A stretch of DNA of 64,000 nt from Candidatus Eiseniibacteriota bacterium. GTDB lineage: Bacteria; Eisenbacteria; RBG-16-71-46. Below, one piece after another: positions 9,348 through 19,396 of this stretch (positions within the stretch are counted from its first letter, which is position 1; every line of letters starts with the position of its first letter). A program made the position numbers and the translations under genes. The notes below the pieces were generated by a model, which ran no database searches, was not told the origin of the DNA, and saw nothing but the letters and a program-made list of their open reading frames with translations. The stretch lies in NCBI GenBank assembly GCA_963707915.1, contig OY970178.1:384001-448000 (forward strand). The letters are read 5' to 3'.

Positions 9348-10535
9348 CTACCGGTACGCCGCGATTCCCGTGACCTGCTCGCCCAGCACCAGCGTGTGGA
9401 TGTTGTGCGTGCCCTCGTAGGTCTTCACCGACTCGAGGTTGCACATGTGCCGGATGACCGGGTACTCGGCGGTGATGCCGTTGGCGCCGAGGATGTCGCG
9501 GGCCTCGCGCGCGATGTCGAGGGCGACCTCGCAGTTGTTGCGCTTGGCGAGCGAGATCTGCGCGGGCGTGACCCGGCCCTGGTCCTTGAGACGGCCGAGC
9601 TGCAGGCAGAGCAGCTGGCCCTTGGTGATCTCGGTGAGCATCACCGCCAGCTTCTCCTGGACCAGCTGGAACGATCCGATCGGCCTGCCGAACATGACGC
9701 GCGTCTTGGCGTACTCGGTGGCCTCGTGGAAGCAGGCCATGGCCGCCCCCAGCACGCCCCAGGCGATGCCGTAGCGGGCCTGCGAGAGGCAGGCCAGCGG
9801 CGACTTGAGCCCGTTCACGCCCGGCAGGTGGTTCGCCTCCGGCACGAAGACGTCGTCGAGGATCAGCTCGCTGGTGACCGAGGCGCGCAGCGAGTGCTTG
9901 TGCTTCTGCTCGGGCGCGGAGAAGCCCTTCGCGCCCTTCTCGACCAGGAAGCCGTGGACCTCGTCGCGCCCCGAGGCGTCGTTCTTCAGCTTGGCCCACA
10001 CCACGGCGAGATCGGCGATGGTGCCGCTGGTGATCCACATCTTGGCGCCGCTGAGCCGGTAGCCGCCGTCCGCGCGGACCGCCCGCGTGATCATGCCGCC
10101 GGGGTCCGAGCCGAAATCGGGCTCGGTGAGTCCGAAGCAGCCGATGACCTCGCCCCGCGCCATGGGCGGCAGCCAGCGGCGGCGTTGCTCCTCGGAGCCG
10201 AAGGCGAAGATCGGGTACATGCACAGCGCGCCCTGGACCGAGACGAACGAGCGCAGCCCGGAATCGCCGCGTTCCAGTTCCTGCATGGCCAGGCCGTAGG
10301 CGGTGTGGGAGACCCCCGCGCCGCCGTACTCCTCCGGCAGCGTCGCGCCGAACAGGCCCATCGCGGCCAGCTCGGGGACGACCTCGATGGGGAAGGTCGC
10401 GTCCTCGTAGGCCTGCTCGACGACGGGCAGGTAGCGCTCCTCGACCCAGCCGCGCACGTGCTCGCGGATCTGCCGTTCGTCCTCGGTGAAGAGCGGGTCG
10501 ATCCCGTAGAAGTCGATGCCGGTGAAACGGGCCAT
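9348..10535 (-). CDS. Acyl-CoA dehydrogenase, glutaryl-CoA dehydrogenase-like
   Basis: Motifs ELERGDSGLRS, GCFGLTEPDFGSDP, GAKMWITS, SLRASVT, NLESVKTYEGT. Confidence 0.93.
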   Translation of the reverse strand: MARFTGIDFYGIDPLFTEDERQIREHVRGWVEERYLPVVEQAYEDATFPIEVVPELAAMGLFGATLPEEYGGAGVSHTAYGLAMQELERGDSGLRSFVSVQGALCMYPIFAFGSEEQRRRWLPPMARGEVIGCFGLTEPDFGSDPGGMITRAVRADGGYRLSGAKMWITSGTIADLAVVWAKLKNDASGRDEVHGFLVEKGAKGFSAPEQKHKHSLRASVTSELILDDVFVPEANHLPGVNGLKSPLACLSQARYGIAWGVLGAAMACFHEATEYAKTRVMFGRPIGSFQLVQEKLAVMLTEITKGQLLCLQLGRLKDQGRVTPAQISLAKRNNCEVALDIAREARDILGANGITAEYPVIRHMCNLESVKTYEGTHNIHTLVLGEQVTGIAAYR

Positions 10536-10842
10536 GGGTTGGCTCCTCCGGAGTCCAGCGGGGCGTGGCGCGGGTGCGAGGCCAGAATATAGGGGAGCCC
10601 TCCAGCCCCGACAATCCCGCATGGGTGCGAGTGCGGCACCCGGGGCTCCCGCCGCCCGGCGGCGCACCCGACGCGGGCGCCGGGGGTGGTGGTGGGCGAG
10701 CAGAGGCACCGTGCGCCCGCCCGCCACCACCCACGGCGCCCGCCCATCCAACGCCCACCGTGCCCGCCGGATTGCGGCCGTGCCTGCCGCTCGCTACGCT
10801 GCCCGGCATGGTGTCCGTCCCGCCTGCCCAGGAGAACCCGCC

Positions 10843-12558
10843 ATGCCCCGTCTCCGCTGCCTGCCGCCCGCGCTCGCCGCGCTCCTCGTCGCCATGAGCC
10901 TCGTCCCTCCCGCGGGTGACGCCGCCGCCGCCCGCGGCGTGGCCAGCCGCTCGGTGGTCTACGCGCGCCACGGCATGGTCTGCGCGGCGCAGCCGCTGGC
11001 GGTCCAGGCCGGGGTCGAGGTGCTCCAGGCCGGCGGCAGCGCGGTGGACGCGGCCATCGCGGTCAACGCCTGCCTGGCGCTGATGGAGCCGACCTCGTGC
11101 GGGCTGGGCGGCGACCTGTTCGCCATCGTCTGGGACCCGAAGGCCGGTCGGCTGGCGGGGCTCAACGCCTCGGGTCGCGCACCGCTCGCGCTCACCATCG
11201 ACCAGGTGAAGCCCGAGCCGGACGGCACCATCCCGCTCTACTCGCCCTACGCCTGGACCGTGCCCGGTTGCGCGGACGGCTGGTTCGAGCTGCACGCGAA
11301 GTACGGCCGGCTGCCGATGCGCCGGGTGCTGGAGCGCGCGATCCGCTACGCCGAGGAGGGCTTCCCGCTCTCGCCGGTCATCGCCTCGGACTGGGCGCGC
11401 GGGGCGGCGCGCTTCAAGGACAAGCCGGGCTTCGCCGAGGTCTTCATGCCCGGCGGGGCCGCGCCGCGCGAGGGCGAGACGTTCCGCAACCCGGCGCTCG
11501 CCAGGACCCTGCGCCGGCTGGCGGAGCAGGGGCGCGACGCCTACTACCGCGGTCCCATCGCCGAGGCGCTGGTGCGCTACTCGAAGGCGCACGGCGGCTT
11601 CTTCGCGGCGGAGGACTTCGCGCGGCACCGCTCGACCTGGGACGCGCCGATCTCGACCGACTACCGCGGCTGGACGGTCTGGGAGCTGCCGCCCAACGGG
11701 CAGGGCCTTGCCGCGCTGCAGCTGCTGAACCTGCTCGAGGACTTCGACCTCAAGGCGATGGGCCGCGAGTCGGCCGACTTCTGGCACGTCATGACCGAGG
11801 CCAAGAAGCTGGCCTTCGCCGACCGGGCCCGTTACTACGCCGACCCGGCCTTCGCGAAGGTGCCGGTCGAGGCGCTGCTGTCGAAGGAGTACGCGAAGCG
11901 GCGCGCGGCGCTGGTGGACCTGCAGCGCGCCGCGCTCACCGACAGCGCCGGCGACCCGGTGGCCCTGAGCCGCCGGGAGACCACCTACCTGTGCGCCGCC
12001 GACGACAGCGGCATGATGGTCTCGCTCATCCAGAGCAACTACACCGGCTTCGGATCGGGCTACGTGGTGCCCGAGCTGGGCTTCGGCCTGCAGGACCGCG
12101 GGGGCTGCTTCTCGCTCCAGCCGGGCCACGCCAACGCGCTCGCGCCGGGCAAGCGCCCGTTCCAGACCATCATCCCGGCGTTCGTGACCCGCGACGGCAA
12201 GCCCCTGATGGCCTTCGGCTTGATGGGCGGCGACATGCAGCCGCAGGGCCACGCGCAGATCATCGTGAATCTCCGGGACTTCGGGATGAATCTGCAGGAG
12301 GCCGGTGACGCCATCCGCTTCCACCACACCGGCTCGAGCGAGCCGACCGGCACGGTGATGACCGACGGCGGCGTGCTCCACATCGAGGACGGGCTGCCGC
12401 CGGGCGTGCTGGACGAGTTGAAGCGCCGCGGCCACGTGCTGGAGCCCGAGCCGGTCGGGGCCTACGGCGGCTACCAGGCGATCTGGCGGGACCCGGTGAC
12501 GGGCTTCTACAGCGGCGCGACGGAGAAGCGAAAGGACGGGTGTGCGCAGGGCTACTGA
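10843..12558 (+). CDS. ggt: Gamma-glutamyltransferase (secreted)
   Basis: Signal peptide; motifs GGSAVDAAIA, GLGGD, ETTYL (Thr nucleophile), PGKRPFQT, GGDMQPQG. Confidence 0.95.
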   Translation: MPRLRCLPPALAALLVAMSLVPPAGDAAAARGVASRSVVYARHGMVCAAQPLAVQAGVEVLQAGGSAVDAAIAVNACLALMEPTSCGLGGDLFAIVWDPKAGRLAGLNASGRAPLALTIDQVKPEPDGTIPLYSPYAWTVPGCADGWFELHAKYGRLPMRRVLERAIRYAEEGFPLSPVIASDWARGAARFKDKPGFAEVFMPGGAAPREGETFRNPALARTLRRLAEQGRDAYYRGPIAEALVRYSKAHGGFFAAEDFARHRSTWDAPISTDYRGWTVWELPPNGQGLAALQLLNLLEDFDLKAMGRESADFWHVMTEAKKLAFADRARYYADPAFAKVPVEALLSKEYAKRRAALVDLQRAALTDSAGDPVALSRRETTYLCAADDSGMMVSLIQSNYTGFGSGYVVPELGFGLQDRGGCFSLQPGHANALAPGKRPFQTIIPAFVTRDGKPLMAFGLMGGDMQPQGHAQIIVNLRDFGMNLQEAGDAIRFHHTGSSEPTGTVMTDGGVLHIEDGLPPGVLDELKRRGHVLEPEPVGAYGGYQAIWRDPVTGFYSGATEKRKDGCAQGY

Positions 12559-14683
12559 CCTGACGGGCGGGACCGGGGCCGCGGGCCACGGCGGGCTGGG
12601 CCCGAGGAGCTCGTCGCGTTCTACCGCACGATGGTCACCTCGCGGCGGCTGGACGACGAGGAGATCCGCCTCAAGAAGCTCAACCAGACCTACTTCCAGA
12701 TCTCGGGGGCGGGACACGAGGCCGTGCTGGCCGCGGCGGGCAGCGTGCTGCGGCCTGGGCACGACTGGTTCTATCCCTACTACCGCGACCGCGCGCTCTG
12801 CCTCGCGCTCGGCATGACGCCGCGCGAGATGCTGCTCGCCGCGGTCGCCTCGGCCGAGGACCCCGGCTCGGGCGGCCGGCAGATGCCCAGCCACTGGGGC
12901 CACAAGGCGCTCAACATCGTCTCGCAGAGCAGCCCGACGGGTACCCAGTTCCTGCAGGCGGTCGGCGCCGCCGAGGCGCTGGTCAAGTACCGCGCCCTGG
13001 AGCGCGAGCACCCCGCGCTGCGCGGCCGCGTGCAGGGCGACGAGGTGGTCTACGTCAGCTCGGGGGAGGGGACGACCAGCCAGGGCGAGTTCTGGGAGGC
13101 GCTCAACTCGGCGTGCAACCTGCGGCTGCCGGTGCTCTTCCTGATCGAGGACAACGGCTACGCCATCTCGGTGCCGGCGGACGTGCAGACCGCGGGCGGC
13201 GACGTGGCGCCGCTGGTGCGGGGCTTCCCGAACCTGTACTGGTGCGGCGAGGTCGACGGCAGCGACCCGGTCGCCTCGCATGGCGTGCTGCGGGAGGCCG
13301 TCCGCCACTGCCGCGAGCGCCGCGGGCCGGCCTTCGTCCGGGCGCTGGTGACCCGGCCGTACTCGCACTCGATGTCGGACGACGAGAGCAAGTACAAGCC
13401 GCGGGCGGTGCGCGAGGCCGAGGCGAAGCGCGACTGCCTGCCCCGCTTCGCGGGCTTCCTCGAGCAGGACGGGCATCCTCGACGCGGCGGGCTTCGAGCG
13501 CCTGCACGCCGAGGTCCAGGCCGGGATCGCCGCGGCGAGCGAGGCCGCCCGCGCCAGCGCGCAGCCGGAGCCCGAGACCGCGCTGCTCCACGTCTACTCG
13601 TCCGAGGTGGACCCGGCCGCCGAGCGCTTCGCCGCCGAGCCGCGGCCGCTGCACCCCGAACGCACCGAGACGCTGCTGCAGAGCATCAACTTCTGCCTGC
13701 GCGACGAGATGCGGCGCGACCCGCGCATCCTGGTCTACGGCGAGGACGTGGCGGACTCGTCCGACGAGGAGCTGCTCGCCCAGATCAAGGGCAAGGGCGG
13801 CGTCTTCGGCGTCACCTGGGGACTGCAGAAGCTCTTCGGCAAGGAGCGCGTCTACAACTCGCCGCTCGCCGAGGCCAGCATCGTCGGGCGCGCGATCGGG
13901 CTCGCCACGCTGGGGCTGCGGCCGGTGGTCGAGATCCAGTTCGTCGACTACATCTGGCCCGCGATGATGCAGCTGCGCAACGAGCTGTCGATGTTGCGCT
14001 GGCGGTCGAACGGCGCGTTCGCCGCACCGGTCGTGGTGCGCGCGGCCTACGGCGGCTACCTGCAGGGCGGGGCGCCCTACCACAGCCAGTGCGGGGAGAG
14101 CATCTTCGCCCACTGTCCCGGGCTGCGCGTGGTGATCCCGAGCGTGGCGAGCGACGCGGCCGGGCTGCTGCGCACGGCGCTGCGCAGCGAGGACCCGGTG
14201 CTGTTCCTCGAGCACAAGCACCTCTACCGGCAGCCCTACGCCAAGGAGGCCTACCCCGGGCCCGACTACACCGTGCCGTTCGGCCGCGCCCGCCTGGTGC
14301 GCGCGGGCGCGCACGTGACCGTGGTGACCTGGGGCGCGGTGGTGCAGCGCTCGGTGCTCGCCGCGCAGGAGGCGGCGGAGCAGGGCATCGAGACCGAGAT
14401 CCTCGACCTGCGCACGATCCAGCCGCTCGACTTCGGCGCGGTGGCGCGCTCGGTGGCGAAGACCGGGCGCCTGGTGGTGGCGCACGAGGACACGCTGACC
14501 TGCGGGTTCGGGGCGGAGGTCGCCGCGCGGGCCGCGGCCGAGTGCTTCGCGGACCTCGACGCGCCGGTGCGCCGCGTGGCCGCGCTCGACACGCCGGTGG
14601 GCTACGCACCGCGGCTCGAAGACCGCATCCTGCCCCAGAAGGACGACCTGCTGGCCGCGATCCGCGAGATCGCGGCGTACTGA
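12542..14683 (+). CDS. 2-oxoacid dehydrogenase E1 alpha/beta fusion, with two apparent frameshifts (~12600 and ~13471)
   Basis: Alpha motifs [37 protein letters not shown] in frame 12631. Beta motifs [23 protein letters not shown] in frame 13607, which is the same frame as the GTG at 12542. Confidence 0.88.
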
Positions 14684-14707
14684 GGTCCGGTCCCCTCCGC
14701 ACGCGAA

Positions 14708-14737
14708 ACGGGCCCGGGCGGGTGCGCCCGGGCCCGT
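14708..14737. terminator. Hairpin between convergent genes
   Basis: 13-bp stem ACGGGCCCGGGCG-ggtg-CGCCCGGGCCCGT. Confidence 0.7.
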
Positions 14738-14753
14738 CTCGTCGACGAACCGG

Positions 14754-15458
14754 CTAGGGCTTGACCTCGGCGGCGGGCGGCTCGGTGCGGGCCTTCTGGC
14801 CGCCGAGCGGCACCTTCAGCCCGATGCGGAACACCAGTCCGCTGTAGTCCAGCCGGAGCTGGGAGCCGTCGGGATTGCGGGCGACGACCCCGCCGATCTT
14901 GACCTCGGTCGCCTTCGCGGTGCGATAGCCCAGCGTGGCGTAGACCCCGCAGCGGCGCTGTCCCCACCAGTCGGCGCCGAAGTACGGCTCGAACAACGAC
15001 GCCTTCGCGCTCACGTCCTGGCTCGCGACGCCGATCAGGCGCGACCCGGAGGTCGACACGCTCCCGGCGGCCACGCCGAGGTGGGCGCCCAGCGCGCCCC
15101 GCGTGGGCAGGGCGTATTCGGCGACGGCGCGCAGCACGTTGGCGGGCAGCTGGAGATCGTAGCGGCGGGTGGCGGTCTTGACCCCGGACGAGGCGTACCA
15201 GCGCTCGTAGCCGGCGCCGATCGAGAGTCCGCCCCAGAGGTCCAGCCCGGCGCCCGCGCCCCAGGCGGGGCCATTGTCGATCGGCCAGAGCGTCGCGTTG
15301 GCCCCCTGGTTCTGCGCTTCGAGGGAGCGATTCACGTCGTCCAGGGAGTACCGGCCCAGGGAGCCGCTGAGACCGACCCACGGCCGCAGGGTGGTGGCGG
15401 CGGCGGGCACGGGGACGGACAGCGCGACGGCCAGCAGGAGAACCGGGATTCCTCGCAT
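14754..15458 (-). CDS. Secreted outer-membrane beta-barrel-like protein
   Basis: Signal peptide, amphipathic strands, terminal [14 protein letters not shown] strand, GGAGG RBS. Confidence 0.7.
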   Translation of the reverse strand: MRGIPVLLLAVALSVPVPAAATTLRPWVGLSGSLGRYSLDDVNRSLEAQNQGANATLWPIDNGPAWGAGAGLDLWGGLSIGAGYERWYASSGVKTATRRYDLQLPANVLRAVAEYALPTRGALGAHLGVAAGSVSTSGSRLIGVASQDVSAKASLFEPYFGADWWGQRRCGVYATLGYRTAKATEVKIGGVVARNPDGSQLRLDYSGLVFRIGLKVPLGGQKARTEPPAAEVKP

Positions 15459-15657
15459 CGTTTAGCCTCCGACGAATATCGCCAGACTCGGTTGATTCCA
15501 CAGGTGCCGGAGGCCGGGCAGCGGGGGATACCCCGGTGGGGCGGCCACCCCGGGTGAAGACCACGGCGACGGCCCGGCGGCCGGATGCTCCGGATGGGAC
15601 GAACCGGTGCGGACACTACCACACCCCGAGGATCCCCCGGAAAGGCCCGGGAGCGGC

Positions 15658-18096
15658 TCAACGCCTGCGCGGCAGCAGCCGGAGCGCGCTCTCGCCGGCA
15701 GCCTCGGCGCGCTCCCAGGAGAGGTACAGCGGCACGTCGCCGTGCCGGGCCCAGCGCGCGAGGTGGTCGCGGGCGTGCGGGCTGCCCGGGTCGCCGGAGT
15801 TGCCCGGCGGCAGCACCACGAACGAGGACTCCGGGACCGCGAGGTCCACGAGGTGCCGCAGCACGGGACCGTGCGTCACCCAGGGGTTCCAGGGCAATCG
15901 CGAACCGCCCACGCTCGGCGTGCCGGCATCGCCGTCGACGGGCACGGGCGGCGGCTCCCAGGCGGCGATGCCGAGGTCGCGGCCCAGGTCGTGGCGGAAG
16001 CGGGCCTGGTGCGCCCGGCCGTAGCGCCAGCGAGCGAGGTCCGGGCCCAGCAGCTTCGCGAGCTCGGCGAGGCCCAGCCGCAGGGCCGCCACCGCCGCCA
16101 CGGCGGGCCGCTCGGGTGCGCCGGTGGCCGGGTCGCGCAGCGCTTCCGGCGCGCGGCCCTGCAATGCGCTCCACGCCAGCCCGGGCAACCCCTCGAGCCT
16201 CGAGCGCCGCAGGTAGGCGCCGTACCAGCCGCGCCACAGCGTGGGCGCGACGCGCGAGCGGCGGGCGGAGAAGTCCCAGCCGCGCAGCGTGTCCACCGCG
16301 GCGCGCAGGCGTGCGTCGAGCGAGTCGGGCAGCGAGTCGGCACAGGCCAGCAGCAGCGGCAGGGTGCGGCGCGCGAGGCGCGAGACCACGTCGTTCTGCA
16401 CGCTGCGCAGGTCGGCGAGCGTGAGGCTGCGCGCGCCATCGAGGCGCTCCGCGATGCGGAGCGCGCGGTCCTGGGGCCAGTCGTAGCCCGCCAGCCGGGG
16501 CTCGAAGCGCGCGCCCACCGGGGCGTTGTTGGCGTTCACCACGATGCCGCCCGGGGGCGCCTCCCACGCCGGCATCTCCCCGGGCGGGATGGTGCCCCGC
16601 CACTCCCAGCGCCCGTCGCCCGGCAGGACCCCGGGCGGCGGCCGGAACCCGCGCCAGGGCAGGCGCCCCGCGGCCTGGTAGCGGACGTGGCCGTCGCGGT
16701 CCGCGGCGACCACGTTGAGGGTCGGGGTGACGAGCGCGCGGAAGGCCGCGCAGGCCTCCGCCGCGGAGCCCGCGCGGGCGATCCCGAGGAGCGCGCCGAG
16801 GTCCACGTCGTCGGCGACGCCGGACCAGCGCAGGCTGAGCGCCACGCCGTGCCTGCGGTCCAGCGCGATGACCGGGCCGTGCGGGGTGTAGCGGCGCACC
16901 TGGCCCGCGAGCCACACCGGGAGCGGCACGCCGAGCACGCGGAAGCTCATCCGGTAGGGCGCCTCGCGCACCTCCGCCCACCCGCCCTGCCAGCGCACGC
17001 GCTTGCCGTCGCGCGAGAGGCTGTCGGCGTAGACGTCGGTGGTGGCGGCGCTCAGCGCGGTGATGCCCCAGGCGCAGCGCGCGTTGCGGCCGCTCACGAT
17101 GGCCGGCAGTCCCGGCACGCAGGCGCCGGCGGCGTCCACCACGCCCGGCACCGTGATGTGGACGAGGTGAAGCGTGCCCGGCGCGGTGAGCGGCAGGTGC
17201 GGGTCGTTGGCGAACAGCGGGCGCCCGCCGGCGCTGCGTTGCGCGCCCACGGCGAAGACGTCGCTGGCGCGGGCGTCCAGATCGGGTGCCGCGCCCGGGC
17301 GCTCCGCGCCCAGCGTGCGCCGGGCCGCGGCGAGCAGGCCGGCGGGGAGTACCACGGCGGGCGGCTCGAGCGTGGCGCCGGGGCCCGGTGCCGCGCCCGC
17401 CCGCGCGCCGTAGAGGCGCCGCGCGGCGCTGTCGGGGATGGTCGCGTAGGGCCAGAGGCCCTCGAAGCGGCGGCGGTGGGCGAGCCAGGCCCGGCCGCGT
17501 GCCGCGATGGTGTCGCGCTCCGCGAGCTGCGGGAAGTCGAGGTCGAGCAGCGAGCCCATGGCGAGCAGGACGCCGGCGACGTCCGCAGGCGCCCAGTCGT
17601 CAGGGCGGCAGCGCAGGCGCTCGACCTCGACCGGCCAGGGGAGCGTCCCGCTGCGGCACCGCGCGAGGTAGGCGTTCACGCCCAGGCTGTAGCGCTCGAG
17701 CGGCATCGCCGCCGCCGGGTCGCGCCGGGCCCGCTCCCAGATCCGCCGGGCCAGCGCGTCCATCTCGAGCAACTGCGCGCCGCCGTCGGCCTGGAGGTGG
17801 CGGTTCCCGCCCCAGCGCGCCATCTGGCCGCGCACCGCCTGTCGCATGGCCAGCATCTGCCAGAGCCGGTCGCGCGCGCTGACGAAGCCCCAGGCGAAGT
17901 AGAGGTCGCGCTCGTTCGCGGCGCGGATGTGGGGCACCCCGAAGCGGTCGGTGAGCACGCGCACCGGCTGCTCGAGCCCCGCCAGAGTGAGCGTCGTGTC
18001 GAGCGGCGCGCCGGCGGGAGCGGCGGTGGGCCGGGGCGCGGCGGACAGGAGCAGCAGGGCGGCGATCGCGCAGCCGAGCAGCAGGCGGGTGAGCAT
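15658..18096 (-). CDS. Penicillin acylase family (S45) Ntn hydrolase
   Basis: Motifs DRFGVPHIRA, ARDRLWQM, SDVFAV..RS..GRPLFANDPHL, NANN, PPGNSG. Signal peptide. Confidence 0.92.
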   Translation of the reverse strand: MLTRLLLGCAIAALLLLSAAPRPTAAPAGAPLDTTLTLAGLEQPVRVLTDRFGVPHIRAANERDLYFAWGFVSARDRLWQMLAMRQAVRGQMARWGGNRHLQADGGAQLLEMDALARRIWERARRDPAAAMPLERYSLGVNAYLARCRSGTLPWPVEVERLRCRPDDWAPADVAGVLLAMGSLLDLDFPQLAERDTIAARGRAWLAHRRRFEGLWPYATIPDSAARRLYGARAGAAPGPGATLEPPAVVLPAGLLAAARRTLGAERPGAAPDLDARASDVFAVGAQRSAGGRPLFANDPHLPLTAPGTLHLVHITVPGVVDAAGACVPGLPAIVSGRNARCAWGITALSAATTDVYADSLSRDGKRVRWQGGWAEVREAPYRMSFRVLGVPLPVWLAGQVRRYTPHGPVIALDRRHGVALSLRWSGVADDVDLGALLGIARAGSAAEACAAFRALVTPTLNVVAADRDGHVRYQAAGRLPWRGFRPPPGVLPGDGRWEWRGTIPPGEMPAWEAPPGGIVVNANNAPVGARFEPRLAGYDWPQDRALRIAERLDGARSLTLADLRSVQNDVVSRLARRTLPLLLACADSLPDSLDARLRAAVDTLRGWDFSARRSRVAPTLWRGWYGAYLRRSRLEGLPGLAWSALQGRAPEALRDPATGAPERPAVAAVAALRLGLAELAKLLGPDLARWRYGRAHQARFRHDLGRDLGIAAWEPPPVPVDGDAGTPSVGGSRLPWNPWVTHGPVLRHLVDLAVPESSFVVLPPGNSGDPGSPHARDHLARWARHGDVPLYLSWERAEAAGESALRLLPRRR

Positions 18097-18188
18097 GCCG
18101 GGCAGGGTGCCATGGCCGGCCCCGGGCCGTCGAGCGGGAAGCGCCGTGCCGGCGAAGCGCTGTGCTAGGCTGGCCGGCCGGAGGAGCC

Positions 18189-19109
18189 ATGGAGCCACGC
18201 TACGCGATCGGCCTCGACCTGGGAGGCACGGACCTCAAGGCCGGGCTGGTGTCGAGCCGGGGTGAGGTCGCGCACTTCCAGCGCCGGCCGGCGCGCGCCG
18301 GGGAGGACGCGGACGCGCCGCTCCGGGTCATCGCTCGAGCCGTGAGCGAGCTGCGGGCCGCGGCCGGTGGCCCGCTCGTCGGCATCGGGCTCGGCTGCCC
18401 CGGCGTGATCGACCCGGCCAGCGGGGCGCTGGTGGGGCGCACGGCGCACCTGCCCCACTGGGACTCGCTGCCGCTGCGCGCGCTGCTGGCGGAGCGGCTC
18501 GGCAGCGGCCTGGTGGTCGAGAACGACGCCAACCTGGCCGCGCTGGCGGAGGACCGGGCGGGTGCGGCCCGCGGCGCGCGGGCCTCGCTCACGGTCACGG
18601 TCGGCACGGGCATCGGTTGCGGCGTGATCGTGGAGGGCCGCGTGCTGCGCGGGGCGCACGGGGGAGCCGGGGAGCTCGGCCACCTGCCACTGGACGGGCG
18701 CCACCCCTGCCGCTGCGGCGTGCCGGGCTGCGTGGAGCCCGAGTGCTCGGGCAGCGGACTCGCGGCGCGGGCCGCGGAGGCGGGGCTGGCGGCGCCGGAC
18801 GCGGCGGCGGTGTTCGCCGCGGCGTCCGCGGGAGACGCGCGCGCCACGCGGCTGATCGAGCGCATGACCGACCGCCTGGGCGCCCTCATCGCGGCGGCGG
18901 TGCAGCTGTTCGACCCGGACGTGGTCGTGGTCGGGGGCGGGGTCGCGAACGCGGGCGAGGCGCTGATGGACCCGCTGCGCGCGGCGGTGAAGCGCTACGC
19001 GCTGGAGTCGCACCACCGCGGCCTGCGCATCGCGCCCGCGGAGCTCGGCGAGCGCGCGGGCGTGGTGGGCGCCGGGCTGGCCGCGTGGGACGCGGCGCCC
19101 AGGAGCTAG
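18189..19109 (+). CDS. ROK family sugar kinase (glucokinase-like)
   Basis: Motifs GLDLGGT, ENDANLAALAE, GTGIGCG, GELGH, CRCG..GCVE. Confidence 0.93.
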   Translation: MEPRYAIGLDLGGTDLKAGLVSSRGEVAHFQRRPARAGEDADAPLRVIARAVSELRAAAGGPLVGIGLGCPGVIDPASGALVGRTAHLPHWDSLPLRALLAERLGSGLVVENDANLAALAEDRAGAARGARASLTVTVGTGIGCGVIVEGRVLRGAHGGAGELGHLPLDGRHPCRCGVPGCVEPECSGSGLAARAAEAGLAAPDAAAVFAAASAGDARATRLIERMTDRLGALIAAAVQLFDPDVVVVGGGVANAGEALMDPLRAAVKRYALESHHRGLRIAPAELGERAGVVGAGLAAWDAAPRS

Positions 19110-19208
19110 CAGCTAACGTGGACTGCGCATGACCCGCTGCTGCGAACGCGAGCCGATCGCGAGCTGACCGCGATCGGCAGCGGGCCTGTGCGTCGCTGCC
19201 GGCGAAGA

Positions 19209-19396
19209 TGTCACCCGTGCCCGGGGAGTGATCTGCTACGGGCGTCGCCAGTCGCAACCTCGATGTCGGCGATGGTGTCACCCGGGTCCCCGGTCTGCGG
19301 TGTCACCCGCGTCCCCGCTCGGGACTTCGATTCGGGCGGAAGGTGTCACCCATGTCTCCGGTCTGATCTGTTACCAATCTAGGCGGTCTGGACATC
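19209..19396 (+). repeat. Three degenerate tandem ~67-68-bp repeats resembling IS481 ends
   Basis: Units start TGTCACCC at 19209, 19276 and 19344. Each is a 51-bp pair of 25-bp subrepeats like the IS end at 20718-20769, followed by TCGAT (the third is split by the IS). Confidence 0.8.

Noticed and set aside
12556..12630. Stop read-through or selenocysteine fusion of ggt to E1 (same frame across the TGA)
   Set aside because: GGT ends at its normal GY terminus and is secreted. A one-base indel near 12600 explains the E1 N-terminus better.
9235..13476. Very long alternative ORFs (9235-13476 -, 23801-28183 -, 24517-28119 +, 33448-36594 +, 51073-54765 - and many similar)
   Set aside because: These are shadow ORFs of high-GC coding DNA. 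They are Arg/Ala/Gly/Pro-rich, lack motifs and overlap well-supported genes.
15630..15655. Third IS1182-like end (CCCGGAAAGGC shared with 22424-22434)
   Set aside because: Only an 11-bp match, with no CTAG and no extended similarity.
19209..19396. CRISPR array interpretation of the 67-bp periodic repeats
   Set aside because: The repeats are degenerate and match IS481 ends, the 16-17-nt linkers resemble each other, and there are no cas genes in the window.
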